64,000 nt of DNA from Chamaesiphon sp. GTDB taxonomy: Bacteria; Cyanobacteriota; Cyanobacteriia; Cyanobacteriales; Chamaesiphonaceae. Position 1 is the stretch's first letter, and each line of letters starts with the position of its first letter. The position numbers were made by a program, and so were the translations under genes. Of the stretch, positions 11,039-23,578 are shown one piece after another. The notes under the pieces were generated by a model. It was not told the origin of the DNA and ran no database searches. It worked only from the letters and a program-made list of their open reading frames with translations. The DNA is taken from the NCBI GenBank assembly GCA_965246715.1, contig CBDFFH010000035.1, positions 13,893-77,892 of the forward strand. The letters are read 5' to 3'.

Positions 11039-12748
11039 TTAAATCGGACTAGATTTAGACCAAGCATCGTCGCGAACGATCGTATGTACTTGCCAGGTGG
11101 GATCGATCGCAGGAAAATCAGTGCGATAGTGTCCGCCGCGACTTTCGGTGCGAATAGCAGCTCCAGTCAAAATTAATAGTCCGATATCTAATAAGTTGCG
11201 AGTTTCCCCCCATGTGTGGAGATCTTGCTCCTGTAGTCCCACTGGTAAGTCGTGGGATTGGGGTGGTGAGAGTTGGGTAATTAATTGGCTCAAAGCTAGA
11301 GTGTCGAACTCAGTTTGCCAGAGCTTGACTCGATCGATGGCGCGATCGAGAGTGTGCTGTTCGCGGCAAATTCCGGCGGCTTGCCACATCAAGCGGGGTA
11401 ATTCTTGGCGGATAGTTTGCACACGATCTCTAGCAGATGCAGCGGCTGTGGTTAATTGTGTCGCCCATACCGAAGATGTGGGCAAATCGCTGGTTGCCGG
11501 ATCGATCGGTAGTTTAGCCTCGGCCGAGGCTAATCCTGGCTCGACAGGTATTTTAGCTAGTTGAGCACCAAAGACCACACATTCTAACAGCGAATTACTC
11601 GCCAGCCGATTGGCTCCATGTACGCCCGTGCTGGTAGTTTCGCCCACTGCATAAACCCCCGGAATGCTGGTTTGCGTCATCAAATCGCTATAAATCCCGC
11701 CCATCCAATAATGTGCGGCGGGTGCGACGGGAATTAGCTCGGTGAGAATATCGATCCCCCAATGTTGGCAAACTTGAATGATATTGGGGAACCTGTGCCG
11801 GATTTTTTCGTGTGGAATCGGGCTTAAATCGAGCCAGACGCAGCCTGTGGCGGGATCGGCGCTATGTTTTTGTAAATGACTGAAAATCGCCTGACTGACG
11901 ACATCTCTAGGCGCGAGTTCTCCAGCTGGATGGTAGTCAAAGGTAAACCGATACCCCCGATCGTCCACCAAATGCGCCCCTTCACCTCGCACCGCTTCAC
12001 TGATTAGAAATCTCGGTGCACCAGCTTTGGTGAGCGCAGTCGGATGAAATTGTATGAACTCCAGATCCCGCAACAGTCCGCCAGCCCGATGTGCCATCCC
12101 GACTCCATCGCCCGTACTGACTTCGGGATTGGTCGTTTGGGCGTAAACTTGTCCACCACCACCTGTAGCTAAAATTACAGCCGAGGCTCGCACCCAGCTA
12201 ATCTTGCCTGCATATAACAAACTAATTCCCTGACAGCGCCCATCCTCCAACCATAAATCCAAGGCAAATGCTTCGGTGAGGACGGTAATATTCGACTGTG
12301 CCAATACCCGCTCTGCTAAAGTACTCACTAACGCTCGCCCTGTGGTGTCTGCCGCATGTAGGACGCGGGGACGGGAATGAGCAGCTTCGAGCGTCAATGC
12401 TAAATTCTTGCCAACCCGATCGAATGCAACTCCAAAATCTACCAGCGAGTCGATACATACCGAAGCATGAGTCACGAGAAATTCTACTGCAGCTCGATCG
12501 CATAATCCCGCACCCGCCCGTAATGTATCGGCGATATGCAAGTCTACCGAATCCTGTGGATCTACTACCGCCGCAATCCCCCCCTGCGCCCAATCACTCG
12601 CTGACATGGGCAAACTAGCTTTGCTAACGATCGCGACGCTCAGCGAGGCTGGCAGACACAATGCTGAGTACAAACCAGCCGCTCCAGCCCCCACGACGAT
12701 AACATCAAAGCTAGTGGGGTAGGGAATCGGGGATTGGAGATAGGGCAT
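11039..12748 (-). CDS. nadB: L-aspartate oxidase
   Basis: SDWAQGGIAA, EFIQFHPT, FLISEAVRGEG, GVHGANRLASNSLLE; start trimmed to MPYL because the upstream extension is heptamer repeat. Confidence 0.95.
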   Translation of the reverse strand: MPYLQSPIPYPTSFDVIVVGAGAAGLYSALCLPASLSVAIVSKASLPMSASDWAQGGIAAVVDPQDSVDLHIADTLRAGAGLCDRAAVEFLVTHASVCIDSLVDFGVAFDRVGKNLALTLEAAHSRPRVLHAADTTGRALVSTLAERVLAQSNITVLTEAFALDLWLEDGRCQGISLLYAGKISWVRASAVILATGGGGQVYAQTTNPEVSTGDGVGMAHRAGGLLRDLEFIQFHPTALTKAGAPRFLISEAVRGEGAHLVDDRGYRFTFDYHPAGELAPRDVVSQAIFSHLQKHSADPATGCVWLDLSPIPHEKIRHRFPNIIQVCQHWGIDILTELIPVAPAAHYWMGGIYSDLMTQTSIPGVYAVGETTSTGVHGANRLASNSLLECVVFGAQLAKIPVEPGLASAEAKLPIDPATSDLPTSSVWATQLTTAAASARDRVQTIRQELPRLMWQAAGICREQHTLDRAIDRVKLWQTEFDTLALSQLITQLSPPQSHDLPVGLQEQDLHTWGETRNLLDIGLLILTGAAIRTESRGGHYRTDFPAIDPTWQVHTIVRDDAWSKSSPI

Positions 12749-12751
12749 AGC

Positions 12752-12921
12752 AAACAGTGAATAGTGGTTAGTGGCGGGTGAACAGTGAATAGTGAACAGT
12801 GAACAGTAGTTGGTCGATCCAAAATCCAAAATCCTGTCTTGTTGCGCTTTTTACGTCGGGAAACCCGACGAGCGCGCACCGCAAAATCCAAAATCCTCAA
12901 TTCCCTATCCCCTATCCCCTA
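12752..12921 (+). repeat. Composite heptamer repeat (CAGTGAA / AAAATCC / CCCCTAT) with embedded hairpin module; inverted partner of 13541-13740
   Basis: Direct comparison with the reverse complement of 13541-13740. Confidence 0.9.
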
Positions 12922-13063
12922 TTTCCTATTATCTGTGACGATCGACACAAAAAAACCACCCTGAGAATGGGTGGGGATGGTAATCAGGATAAAAATATTA
13001 ATAACTACAATGGAACTAAGTCGATCGGTTCCGAGCTGGAGTTGTTAATCGATCGTCGATGAT

Positions 13064-13486
13064 TTAGTAATAACCATTGTTATAGCGATCGCCACCTTCG
13101 GTAAAGGTATCGTCCGTAGTTGTCAGGGTAAATTTGTCGAGGTTGGCATTGAGCATTTCTTTTTGCTTTTCGCTCAAACCAGCAATATTTAGTACGTCTT
13201 CAACATTTTTATAAGGAGCGTTGTCTACAACTTTCCGTGCGAGGGTTGGATATAGACCAGGATACTTGCGAAATGCCCGAACGTTAGTATTGTTTAAATC
13301 GATTTTTTTACCAAATTCCGTGCCTAATTTACTATCAGCACTATTTGTAATTGGCTCTTGGGCTACTGGAGCGGCAGCTAGTACCATCGAATTGTTCCAG
13401 GTAGCCGCCATTGCTTGTTGAGAACCACCAAGCAAACAAGTCAAGCAGAGACTAAAGACGACGAGTAGACCGGCAAACCGTTTCAT
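13064..13486 (-). CDS. psbU: Photosystem II extrinsic 12 kDa protein
   Basis: [28 protein letters not shown]; signal peptide from MKRFAG. Confidence 0.95.
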   Translation of the reverse strand: MKRFAGLLVVFSLCLTCLLGGSQQAMAATWNNSMVLAAAPVAQEPITNSADSKLGTEFGKKIDLNNTNVRAFRKYPGLYPTLARKVVDNAPYKNVEDVLNIAGLSEKQKEMLNANLDKFTLTTTDDTFTEGGDRYNNGYY

Positions 13487-13540
13487 AAAATATATTTCTC
13501 CAAACACAGCATCTTAATTTTCCATCATTTTACCCCAATC

Positions 13541-13740
13541 GGGGGATAGGGGATAGGGATTGGGGATTTTGGATTGGGGATTGGGGATTGAGGATTTTGG
13601 ATTTTGCGGTGCGCGCTCGTCGTTATTGGAGGTTCCCTCCAAGGGTTTCCCGACGTAAAAAGCGCAACAAGACAGGATTTTGGATTGCGGATCGACCAGC
13701 CACTGTTCACTGTTCACTATTCACTATTCACTGTTCACTG
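13541..13740 (-). repeat. Composite heptamer repeat, inverted copy with an extra hairpin
   Basis: Reverse complement of 12752-12921 plus a ttattggaggttccctccaag insertion. Confidence 0.9.
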
Positions 13741-13765
13741 GCCACTAAAGCCCAATCCCTATCCC

Positions 13766-14926
<1,161 letters not shown>

Positions 14927-15118
14927 TTACTAAAGTTATTAATGTTATGAGTCAATATTCGCTCAATGTATCAGGACAAGGGCAAACAAGTAAACCACGA
15001 TCGTCAAAAATTAAGGTTAAGAACTGGTTAACCTAGGTAACAAAGTCTTTAATTCTGCGACAATTTCTAACTGTAATTGATTAATACTACATAGCGCGAA
15101 CCGACATAATTAGTAAAA

Positions 15119-15982
15119 ATGAACGCTAAAAAACTCCTCGTCCCACCAGGGGAAAAAATCGATCTCGATGACTACGATCCCGCAGATACTGGTGAATTCA
15201 CTGACAAACAAGCTGGACAAGTCAAATTAGCTGCGGATATCGAACGCTTGTCAGAATATCAAAATATTCTCTATGCTCAGAATAAATTTTCAGTATTAAT
15301 TATTTTCCAAGCGATGGATGCTGCGGGTAAAGATAGCACCATCAAACACGTAATGTCAGGGGTCAATCCCCAAGGTTGCCAAGTATTCAGTTTCCAAAGT
15401 CCTTCGAGTGAAGAATTAGACCACGATTACTTGTGGCGCATCCATAAAGCTCTGCCAGAACGCGGTCGAATCGGGATTTTCAATCGATCGCATTATGAGG
15501 AAACACTTGTCGTCCGGGTACATCCGGAGTTACTTGCTGCCCAAAGTTTGTCAACTACCGATAATCATCAAAAAATTTGGCAGCAGCGATTTCAAGAAAT
15601 CAATGACTTCGAGCATTATTTAACTAATAATGGAACGGTCGTTATCAAGTTTTTTCTGCATGTCTCGAAAGCCGAGCAAAAGAAGCGATTTTTAGAACGT
15701 ATCGATTCACCCGCAAAACACTGGAAATTTAGTGCTGCTGATATCAAAGAGCGCGAGCGCTGGGATGACTATCAAGCAGCCTACACGGATGTCTTCAACC
15801 ACACGAGTACCAAAGCAGCACCCTGGTATATCATTCCGGCCGATCGCAAGTGGTATACACGGCTGGCCGTTGCTGATATTATTTGTAGTCGCTTCAAGCA
15901 ACTCGATCTCGCTTACCCAACCCTCAGTCCCGAACAGGAAGCTCAAATATCAGCCGCAAAAAAAAGCCTCGAACTAGAATAA
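15119..15982 (+). CDS. ppk2: Polyphosphate kinase 2 family (nucleotide phosphotransferase)
   Basis: FQAMDAAGKDSTI, LPERGRIGIFNRSHYE. Confidence 0.92.
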   Translation: MNAKKLLVPPGEKIDLDDYDPADTGEFTDKQAGQVKLAADIERLSEYQNILYAQNKFSVLIIFQAMDAAGKDSTIKHVMSGVNPQGCQVFSFQSPSSEELDHDYLWRIHKALPERGRIGIFNRSHYEETLVVRVHPELLAAQSLSTTDNHQKIWQQRFQEINDFEHYLTNNGTVVIKFFLHVSKAEQKKRFLERIDSPAKHWKFSAADIKERERWDDYQAAYTDVFNHTSTKAAPWYIIPADRKWYTRLAVADIICSRFKQLDLAYPTLSPEQEAQISAAKKSLELE

Positions 15983-16163
15983 TAAAATGTATTTTATAAT
16001 TATCAATAGCGCTCGATCGTTAACTTAAGTTGGAGTGTGTAGCCTTTTTTACTCATAAGCTAATGGGATTGGAACAGCTTGATGTAAAATCTTATTCTTA
16101 CTCTATTCCAGCCCCTAGCGATTATCTTCTGACTACCTGCAGCCACCATCAAAATACCTAAAT

Positions 16164-16520
16164 ATGATGTTTTTCAAGGGAATTAGAATTAAGCTTGCAA
16201 GCTATGCTTTCGATATATTCAATGGCAATTTCCGGCAGGAACGGCAGCACCTGCAAGATATCGTAGAGATTCTACAAGAACCTACATTGGCGGCTGTCGT
16301 TAACGATCGCAATCGAAAACAGGCGATCGAGCTAATCACCAGCCACCATTTGTTTGAAGATAATAGTTTTGCTTGTGAGAAAATAAAGTTTTTTATTATC
16401 GCTACTCACGTTTGCGACAAGCTATTAGCACTAGCTCCAGCTTGCGAGATGGTTAACCAAGATCTCCTTCAAGTTCAGATCGATCGATCCTTACAGTCCA
16501 TCTCCACACCTCAACACTAA
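16164..16520 (+). CDS. Hypothetical protein
   Basis: 118 aa ORF followed by a large hairpin. Confidence 0.55.
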   Translation: MMFFKGIRIKLASYAFDIFNGNFRQERQHLQDIVEILQEPTLAAVVNDRNRKQAIELITSHHLFEDNSFACEKIKFFIIATHVCDKLLALAPACEMVNQDLLQVQIDRSLQSISTPQH

Positions 16521-16542
16521 TCTCGATCTAAACCTAACCATC

Positions 16543-16597
16543 ATTTAGTCAAACCGAGCGCCTAAATGCCAGCGATCCACGCTCGGTTTGACTAAAT
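16543..16597. terminator. 18-bp perfect inverted repeat between convergent genes
   Basis: atttagtcaaaccgagcg ... cgctcggtttgactaaat. Confidence 0.65.
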
Positions 16598-16805
16598 CTC
16601 CGGCAGTATTTAACGGGACATAGACTAAGTTATCGTTGAATTTAACGGGTATGTAACTCGATTGCTAACTGTATTCGCGACTAACTAAATGGATGAAATC
16701 TCGCAAACATCGATCGCTAATTCTCAAGGCGATCGATAAAATGCGGTTAGAGTCGCTCGATAAAGGCGTAATCTGACGATCTGATTTACTCAATTTGAGG
16801 ATCGA

Positions 16806-17261
16806 TTAAATTCCACAAGCACCTGTCGCTTTAAGGATCTTAGTTTGGTTGCCACGACCGATCGAAATTGTGGCATCATAGCTAGCTCCTTCATTCTCTG
16901 GACTGGTTCTGGTATAATTTACCCTAACATTCAGAGTACCAGAGCGATAGGTAGCAATCGCACCACGTTTGTTTTTGACTTCGCGCACTGAGGTTAAAAG
17001 AGTATCTTTGCCATCGATATTCATTAACGCTTGGCTTTGTAACTGTGACTGATATTCCGATAAGAATACATCACGTTTTTGTCGATCGTTAGCTAAATAC
17101 AAATTGCAATATGTACCTTGAGTTTTCAGTGCGCTGGTGTTGCGAATATTGCCAATCGAGATTGAATTAGTTTTGGCGAGGCCGACGATGTGAAGATTGG
17201 ATGCGATCGATATTAAAATCGTACTGCCGATCGCTAAGTTAGATATTGAAAGAACTCGCAT
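16806..17261 (-). CDS. Secreted hypothetical protein
   Basis: Hydrophobic N-terminus; two Cys (YCNLY, GACGI). Confidence 0.7.
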   Translation of the reverse strand: MRVLSISNLAIGSTILISIASNLHIVGLAKTNSISIGNIRNTSALKTQGTYCNLYLANDRQKRDVFLSEYQSQLQSQALMNIDGKDTLLTSVREVKNKRGAIATYRSGTLNVRVNYTRTSPENEGASYDATISIGRGNQTKILKATGACGI

Positions 17262-17333
17262 GTTTAAATAATAGTTAGATGATGAATGACTATTTATAAC
17301 TACATTATTTTCTAGATATTTCCGAAATAATTA

Positions 17334-17606
17334 CTAGACTTTCTGTGGAGGTATTAATCGATTGCCGTCTGTCTTGTCGTGATGACAAATGGTGAAATAA
17401 AGGCATTCCTTCTCGCTCGGCATAACATTTTCGGGGAGAGCTGTGTAAGCTTGGTGAATTAAATATTTCTTGTTTTTAAAATTCCAATCGGGAAGAATCA
17501 TCACGTCTGCCTTTGGCAAAGTATCACTAAATAAGTCACCAGAAACAACTCGAACTAGATCGCTCGATCTGGATTTGTCGATCGATTTCTTAGCAATCGG
17601 TTCCAA
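17334..17606 (-). pseudogene. Fragment of an O-methyltransferase-like gene
   Basis: GDLFSDTLPKADV..LPDW...YTALP resembles the Methyltransf_2 C-terminal half; no SAM-binding N-terminal part. Confidence 0.55.
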
Positions 17607-17767
17607 TACTTCTCGGTTAATCTAAAAACTAGTTAGTCCGCTTAGGCAGGCTTTTGCCGCGAGCGGCAACAACCGGACTTGGCTTCACTAGCAGCGACTT
17701 CAGTCGCTAGCAGTTCTTAACCGAGAAGTATTGCAATCGGTTCTACTTACGCTCCGATGTTATAAAT

Positions 17768-18652
17768 TCAGAAGATAATTGAAGGCAGAAATGGGCCTGC
17801 GGGCTGATGATAGAGACCGATGCTCATCAACGTCATCGGTTGGACGACTCGCAGCCCTTGTTGCAAACACCAGCGGAACAGTTGACTATTGCGGCTCGGC
17901 AGAAGTAGCCCCGACCCCTCAAAAGATTTGGCAGCACCGATTAATGCTTTGAGACTTTCATTACTCGTACCCACCGCATGACCAAAAAACCCGATCGAGG
18001 TAGCATAACCAGTAATTTGAGCGTCATGTTCGACGACGGTAGCCGTACCCTGTTGAATCGCACCGCTCAATTCTCGATCGCGATCGAAGCCATGCACCTG
18101 CTGACAGAGCTGATTACAAGCAGCGAGATCGTCTACTGTTGCCGATCGAACTGTATAGCCGGGAATTTCGATGCCCAGAGCCTGTCCTTGGAGATTTGCC
18201 AATGGTTCCTGGACATCAAAACCTAGCTTGGTATATAGAGCCAAAGAACGGTTATGAAATGCCCCCTGAACTAGCCGCACGCCTGCAACGTGCTGCTGTT
18301 GAGCGCGAGCGAGTACTGCTTGCATCAGATGTCTGCCCACAGCAGCGTTTTGGCTGCGGGGACAGACGGAGAGCGGGCCAACACCCGCAATAACCGACTC
18401 TTCCCAGAGAAAATTACTACCCACGATCTGCCCATCTACCTCTGCCACTACCGAGTAAACATCTGGGCGAGAAAATATCACTGACATAAATCCTTGGGTA
18501 GCTTCTACCGATGGCAGATCTGGGGGGAAGTTGTGATGCTCGGAAATCGTCTTAAAGGCTTGATAGCAGATCTCACCGCAGGTCTGGGCATCGTCAGGAG
18601 TACCAGATCTCAGTTTGAAAGTCATTTCAGCTACTGTTATTACCTGTTGCAT
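17768..18652 (-). CDS. GNAT family N-acetyltransferase (two-domain)
   Basis: GVGPLSV.P..QNAAVGRHLM, SLALYTKLGF. Confidence 0.88.
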   Translation of the reverse strand: MQQVITVAEMTFKLRSGTPDDAQTCGEICYQAFKTISEHHNFPPDLPSVEATQGFMSVIFSRPDVYSVVAEVDGQIVGSNFLWEESVIAGVGPLSVCPRSQNAAVGRHLMQAVLARAQQQHVAGVRLVQGAFHNRSLALYTKLGFDVQEPLANLQGQALGIEIPGYTVRSATVDDLAACNQLCQQVHGFDRDRELSGAIQQGTATVVEHDAQITGYATSIGFFGHAVGTSNESLKALIGAAKSFEGSGLLLPSRNSQLFRWCLQQGLRVVQPMTLMSIGLYHQPAGPFLPSIIF

Positions 18653-18868
18653 CTGGCTACTCCAGTGATGTGTGAGGTTGAATATCTTGGATACTCTTAG
18701 TTTCGCCCCACTTTATTTGTAACACCAGCTTACATAAATTAAGTTAACATTTAACTTAACCAGTGGTGCACTCGATCTCGAAGTCGATCGAGATTTATCG
18801 ATCGACTTGTTAAATTGCGGGGATCGAGACAGCAGCACGTCGATCTAGAAACGATCGTTCGCGGAGCA

Positions 18869-19918
18869 TCACTCGATCGGCCGATTACCGAAGGCAGATC
18901 TTCGACTACCGCGCCAAACTCCAGGGGGCATCCCGACATACCGCTTAAAGGCTCGATTAAAAGCTGCTTCTGACTCATAACCTACTTGAATTGCAATTTT
19001 GGCGATGCTGTCATCACTATGCTGCAACTGTTGAGACGCTAATTGGAGTCGCCAATAAGTCAAATACTTCATCGGCGGTTGTCCTAACAATTGGGTGAAG
19101 CGAGCAGCCAATGCCGAACGCGATATACTCATTCGATCGGCCAAGGCGGAAACAGTCCAAGGATAAGCCGGATCGCCGTGAATCCGATCCAGTACCTGAC
19201 TCACAATGGGATCTTTAAGAGCAGACCACCATCCAATCTGCTGGGCTGGCAAATTCTGCATATAGTTCCGCAGAATCTCAATAAACATGAGTTCGACTAG
19301 CCGTGTCAGCGAACACATGCTCCCAGATTGGAAGCAGTCTGTTTCGTGGATAATGTAGCGTACACCAGCTGCTAATAGTGGTGCTGTAGGTTCTGCAAAT
19401 GCCCGAACGTGCATTAGAGCTGGTAGGGTTTTGAGGAATGGATACAGCAGCAGTTCTTCACATTGTAAGAATCCACAAACTAATTTGGTAACTTCACCCC
19501 CACCGCCATGCTTCAAAATCAGCGGTTCCACCCAGGGTGGCTCGGGTAACAACTGACTGACAGGCACTGGCTCTCGATCGAGGCAATCTCCGAGGATGTG
19601 GGAATCTCCATGCGGGAAAATAATAATGTCGCCCGGGGAAAGGAACTTGCGCGTGCCATCAATTGCTTGAACCCAGCAGTTGCCTTTGGCAATGATGTGG
19701 AAGGGCAGAATGTGTTTCGTCTGTGCCTGTAATGCGGCAACAAAATCGGAATGTGGCAAGGATTGCAGGATCCAGGGCGCAGAAAGTTCGGGGCGGAGGT
19801 GGAGCGCCCCTGAAAATCTGATGCTGCGAAGGATATCAGAGAGAATATCCTTGGGTAGGGGGAGCGAATCGGAGCGTCTCTGTGGAGTTTCGGTCAAAAA
19901 TCTCAGAGCTTTAGTCAT
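18869..19918 (-). CDS. AraC family regulator with cupin sensor domain
   Basis: FHIIAKGNCW, PHGDSH; WTVSALA..SRSALAARF, VGYESEAAFNRAFKR. Confidence 0.92.
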   Translation of the reverse strand: MTKALRFLTETPQRRSDSLPLPKDILSDILRSIRFSGALHLRPELSAPWILQSLPHSDFVAALQAQTKHILPFHIIAKGNCWVQAIDGTRKFLSPGDIIIFPHGDSHILGDCLDREPVPVSQLLPEPPWVEPLILKHGGGGEVTKLVCGFLQCEELLLYPFLKTLPALMHVRAFAEPTAPLLAAGVRYIIHETDCFQSGSMCSLTRLVELMFIEILRNYMQNLPAQQIGWWSALKDPIVSQVLDRIHGDPAYPWTVSALADRMSISRSALAARFTQLLGQPPMKYLTYWRLQLASQQLQHSDDSIAKIAIQVGYESEAAFNRAFKRYVGMPPGVWRGSRRSAFGNRPIE

Positions 19919-20048
19919 TGCCCGTTTAGCTTGAAGCGTTCAAGCTAGAGATATAGAAATTTGTACTCGGATAGCAGCTAGCGAAGCCATCCAGCGACTC
20001 GATCGCCCAGCTAGCCTGTTTTAATTGTAATACTTTAGGAGACTGCTG

Positions 20049-20828
20049 ATGGTCGAACAAACTCTTCATGCCAAGCGACAACAAAATAAGACTGCTCGAA
20101 TTGCCGCGTTTCTCTATGGTTTGGTCTGCTATGCATTCAGCGTAGCGACACTGCTTTATCTGGGCGGATTTGTTGGGAATTTTGGCGTTTCCCGTTCGAT
20201 CGATTCAGTACCGGCGATCTCCTGGGACAAGGCTTTGCTAATCGATGCTGCCGCGATCGGCATCTTTGGCATTCAACACAGTGTCATGGCTCGTCCCGGC
20301 TTCAAAAACTGGTGGACTCAGTTTGTACCGAAACCCGTCGAACGGAGCACTTATCTCCTGTTTACGAACCTCTGCTTGGGTATTCTGTTCTATTTCTGGC
20401 AACCCATCGGGGGCACAATTTGGCATGTCACAAATACCACAGGGGTTGTTATTTTCTATGCCTTATTTGCATCTGGTTGGTTGCTGTTGCTAGTGTCAAC
20501 ATTCTACATCAATCACTTCGATCTGTTTGGTCTGCGCCAAGTCTGGCTCTATCTGCATGGGAAAGAATATACCCCACTAAATTTTGCGACCCCTGGTGTT
20601 TACAAATATGTACGTCATCCCATCTATGTCGGGTTGCTGTTAGCCTTCTGGTTCACGCCGACGATGACAGTGACTCACCTAGTATTTGCACTGATTACCA
20701 CAGTATATATTCTAATTGCCATTCAGTTTGAAGAACGCGATCTGATGGATGTGTTTGGCAAGAAATATGCAGATTATCGTCTTCGAGTGCCAATGCTAGT
20801 TCCGTTCACTCGCCAGCACGAACTATAG
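20049..20828 (+). CDS. mddA: Methanethiol S-methyltransferase (ICMT family)
   Basis: QHSVMARPGFK, ERSTY, INHFDLFGLRQVW, YVRHPIYVG, EERDL. Confidence 0.82.
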   Translation: MVEQTLHAKRQQNKTARIAAFLYGLVCYAFSVATLLYLGGFVGNFGVSRSIDSVPAISWDKALLIDAAAIGIFGIQHSVMARPGFKNWWTQFVPKPVERSTYLLFTNLCLGILFYFWQPIGGTIWHVTNTTGVVIFYALFASGWLLLLVSTFYINHFDLFGLRQVWLYLHGKEYTPLNFATPGVYKYVRHPIYVGLLLAFWFTPTMTVTHLVFALITTVYILIAIQFEERDLMDVFGKKYADYRLRVPMLVPFTRQHEL

Positions 20829-20989
20829 GCAATCGCGGCGCTCGCAGCATTACCAAGGGGCATTTAGTCGAACAACTAACTCAAGGAGAACTCTCATGAC
20901 CGTATATCCCTCTTTTATCACTCCAGGAAAGGTAAAATCGCTCTCGATCGATAGAGATGTCTTCACGCAAGCGATCGAGAGCTTAATTA

Positions 20990-21226
20990 ACGTGAGTTCG
21001 GGATAAGGAAAATCGATCTGCTCTGTTCAAGCACCGCCCTGAACTATAAGTGTTTCGTTCCGAAAGGCTACGCCAACGGGCTAATAGCAAAAGTTCGTTG
21101 AAACGAACTAATCAATTGGGCAGTTCTCTTCAGAGAACTTTTGCTATGAGCAACTAATTCATTTGAGGGCGGTTCAGAAACGAAGCTAGGAGTCATTAAG
21201 TGGACATCTTTAACCCGAACTCACGT
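20990..21226. mobile_element. MITE family A copy 1 (237 bp)
   Basis: TIR acgtgagttcggg..taag / taacccgaactcacgt; taatta on both sides; homologous to 45117 and 47872 copies. Confidence 0.88.
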
Positions 21227-21357
21227 TAATTACTAACAGTTTCAATTTTCACCGCCCCCAATTCTAAAATGTTAGAAATTAGCTCTCAAACCTTAGACAG
21301 TAAACGATATTCGGTCGAAAGCAAATTTAATCTTCTGACGAGAGTAATAAAAGAGGG

Positions 21358-21948
21358 ATAGATATCCTCGAACTACTGGCAATCGATCGAGCAGTAGAAG
21401 TACTCCAAAATCTAGCTATCAATCGCAATATAACCGATAGCATCTTAACAAGACTATCAACAGATCCAGACTCAATGGTTCGTACCGCGATCGCACTCAA
21501 TCCTAACATACCGATTGATACGCTCGATCGACTAGCAACAGATGAAAAAATCGAAGTTCGTCGTGCAGTAGCTAGAAATTCCGAAGCACCTGCCAGTCTT
21601 AAAGATAAGTTGCGAGATGTATTACCAGACTCGATTCCGCGCCATCGATCTTTTTTTACTCTACGGAGTTTATCTCGTGTTTACAATCCTAAAACTGACT
21701 ATATAACGACTATTTTGGGAGAATATTCTCAGTCAGATAATCTCTTCGTGCGACTGGTAATATTACGCCATCCACTGACACCGATCGAGATTTTAGAACG
21801 GGGAATGCGATCGATCGAATGGATCGATCGGTATGCTGTTGCCGATAATCCTAGCACTCCAGAATCAATTCACCGCCAACTCACTCAAGATAGCAATCAG
21901 ATCGTGCGTGCTGTTGCTAATGCTAATTCGATCGGTAATAGAGCATAA
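21358..21948 (+). pseudogene. 5'-truncated leucine-rich-repeat-variant/HEAT-like repeat protein
   Basis: VRTAIALNPNIP..L..LA.D repeats; frame continues upstream of ATG 21475 with more repeats but no start. Confidence 0.65.
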
Positions 21949-21960
21949 AAAACTAAATAT

Positions 21961-22837
21961 ATGAACTCATAAACAGAGCAATTATTAGGAACGTTAGAAG
22001 TTCTCGCTCAGTCAGGTAGACGCGACCCGAATTTTCTGGGAAAATAAAGCTAGTGAAGAATTTAATATTTGGAATTTATTGAAGCTTGAAGGTTTGGTGA
22101 AAGAAACCGATCTAGAGCTAGTATTTCAGCATTGGCAAAAAATGGAAGAGTGGGTTACACTTACCGATATGCACCGAGATGATTGTGAATATGCACCGTA
22201 TCGATCGGAACGTGAAGAGTATGAAGAAGATTGGAATGAATCGATCGCGCTCGAAAGAAAAGATTTATATCAACAACTTCACCAAGCATTAACTACAGAT
22301 TTCACTAATCTCCAAGCCTACAAAATATTAATTTCGGGCAAATCCAGTTTTTACATATCGATTATCATTGCTGAAGCAGTCGATGGTAAATGGTTATGCC
22401 TTACTCCTACCATTCCAGACCAAGTTATCAAAAATGACGAACTAAATAATGGATCGAGAATACATGATATCGATAATACTCTCGTTTCCAATATCTCTGA
22501 AATCTTAAGGCTACTAAAGCCACTAAAAATGTATGGCTATTATCATGGAGGATATAACTATTGCTATCATCATCAGATTATTCGGACGATCTCACCTACT
22601 AAAGAAAAAGCGTTTGAGGAAGCTTTGCAAGCAGCTAGCATGGTCACAATTAATTCAGCAACTAGTGAATACAATGATGATGATAAGCTCATCCAATTCA
22701 TTAATAAATGCCTACTGGATCTAACTTATTATACTGGTGATTTTTGGGAAGTGGGCTTTATTTACAAACTGGCTAGAACAGAAGATTACGATTGGATGAG
22801 AGTGCGAACTTTTGTTGAGTTTGAATACAATCCTTGA
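21961..22837 (+). pseudogene. Hypothetical protein with damaged 5' end
   Basis: ATG 21961 has TAA at codon 4 and a frame change near 22030 before the open 22079-22837 frame. Confidence 0.5.
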
Positions 22838-23054
22838 TTTTCGACAATAATAAAATAAAACTGACATAGAATAACAGTAACAAACACCAGAGATTATTAA
22901 CTCGCACCCAAGTATATCGCCAACGCCTACATTCAAAGTGTGCGCGGTGAGTAATCGATCGAGGCATTAGCTTACGAATATAGCATCGCGGCTAAGGATG
23001 AGGAAATTCTCTAAAATAGTAAAAGTAACAATCTGTTGAGGCTAGCAATTCGAG

Positions 23055-23531
23055 ATGACACTTACTCAATCAGCAACACCCGATCGAGTGCAACAAAGAT
23101 CCTGGCAAATTGAGTTGCTCTATGATGGCGCTTGTCCCTTGTGCGTCCGCGAAGTTAACTTTTTAAAAACTAAAGATGCCGGACGTGGACTGGTATCGTT
23201 TGTCGATATTGCCGAGGATAACTACAATCCTGTCGAACATGCGGGAATTGATTTTGAGACGGCAATGGGACGCATCCATGCGATATTACCCGATGGCACC
23301 ATCATTCAAAATGTCGAGGTGTTTCGGCGTACTTATGAAATTTTGGGGATTGGTTGGATCTATGCCATTACCAGAATACCCGCGATCGAATATTTAGCCA
23401 ATCTCCTGTATGGTATCTGGGCAGATCTGCGGCTAGTTTTAACAGGTAGACCAAATTTAGCATCGATCGTTGCCAGCCGCCAGCAACGCCTCAATAGCTG
23501 CAAAGTTTGTCAGCAAGAAGCAATTAAATAA
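23055..23531 (+). CDS. DCC-family thiol-disulfide oxidoreductase (DUF393)
   Basis: LLYDGACPLC DxxCxxC motif. Confidence 0.9.
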   Translation: MTLTQSATPDRVQQRSWQIELLYDGACPLCVREVNFLKTKDAGRGLVSFVDIAEDNYNPVEHAGIDFETAMGRIHAILPDGTIIQNVEVFRRTYEILGIGWIYAITRIPAIEYLANLLYGIWADLRLVLTGRPNLASIVASRQQRLNSCKVCQQEAIK

Positions 23532-23578
23532 CCATTTACTGTTCGCTGTCCACTATTTCCTATTCCCTATTCCCTCAA

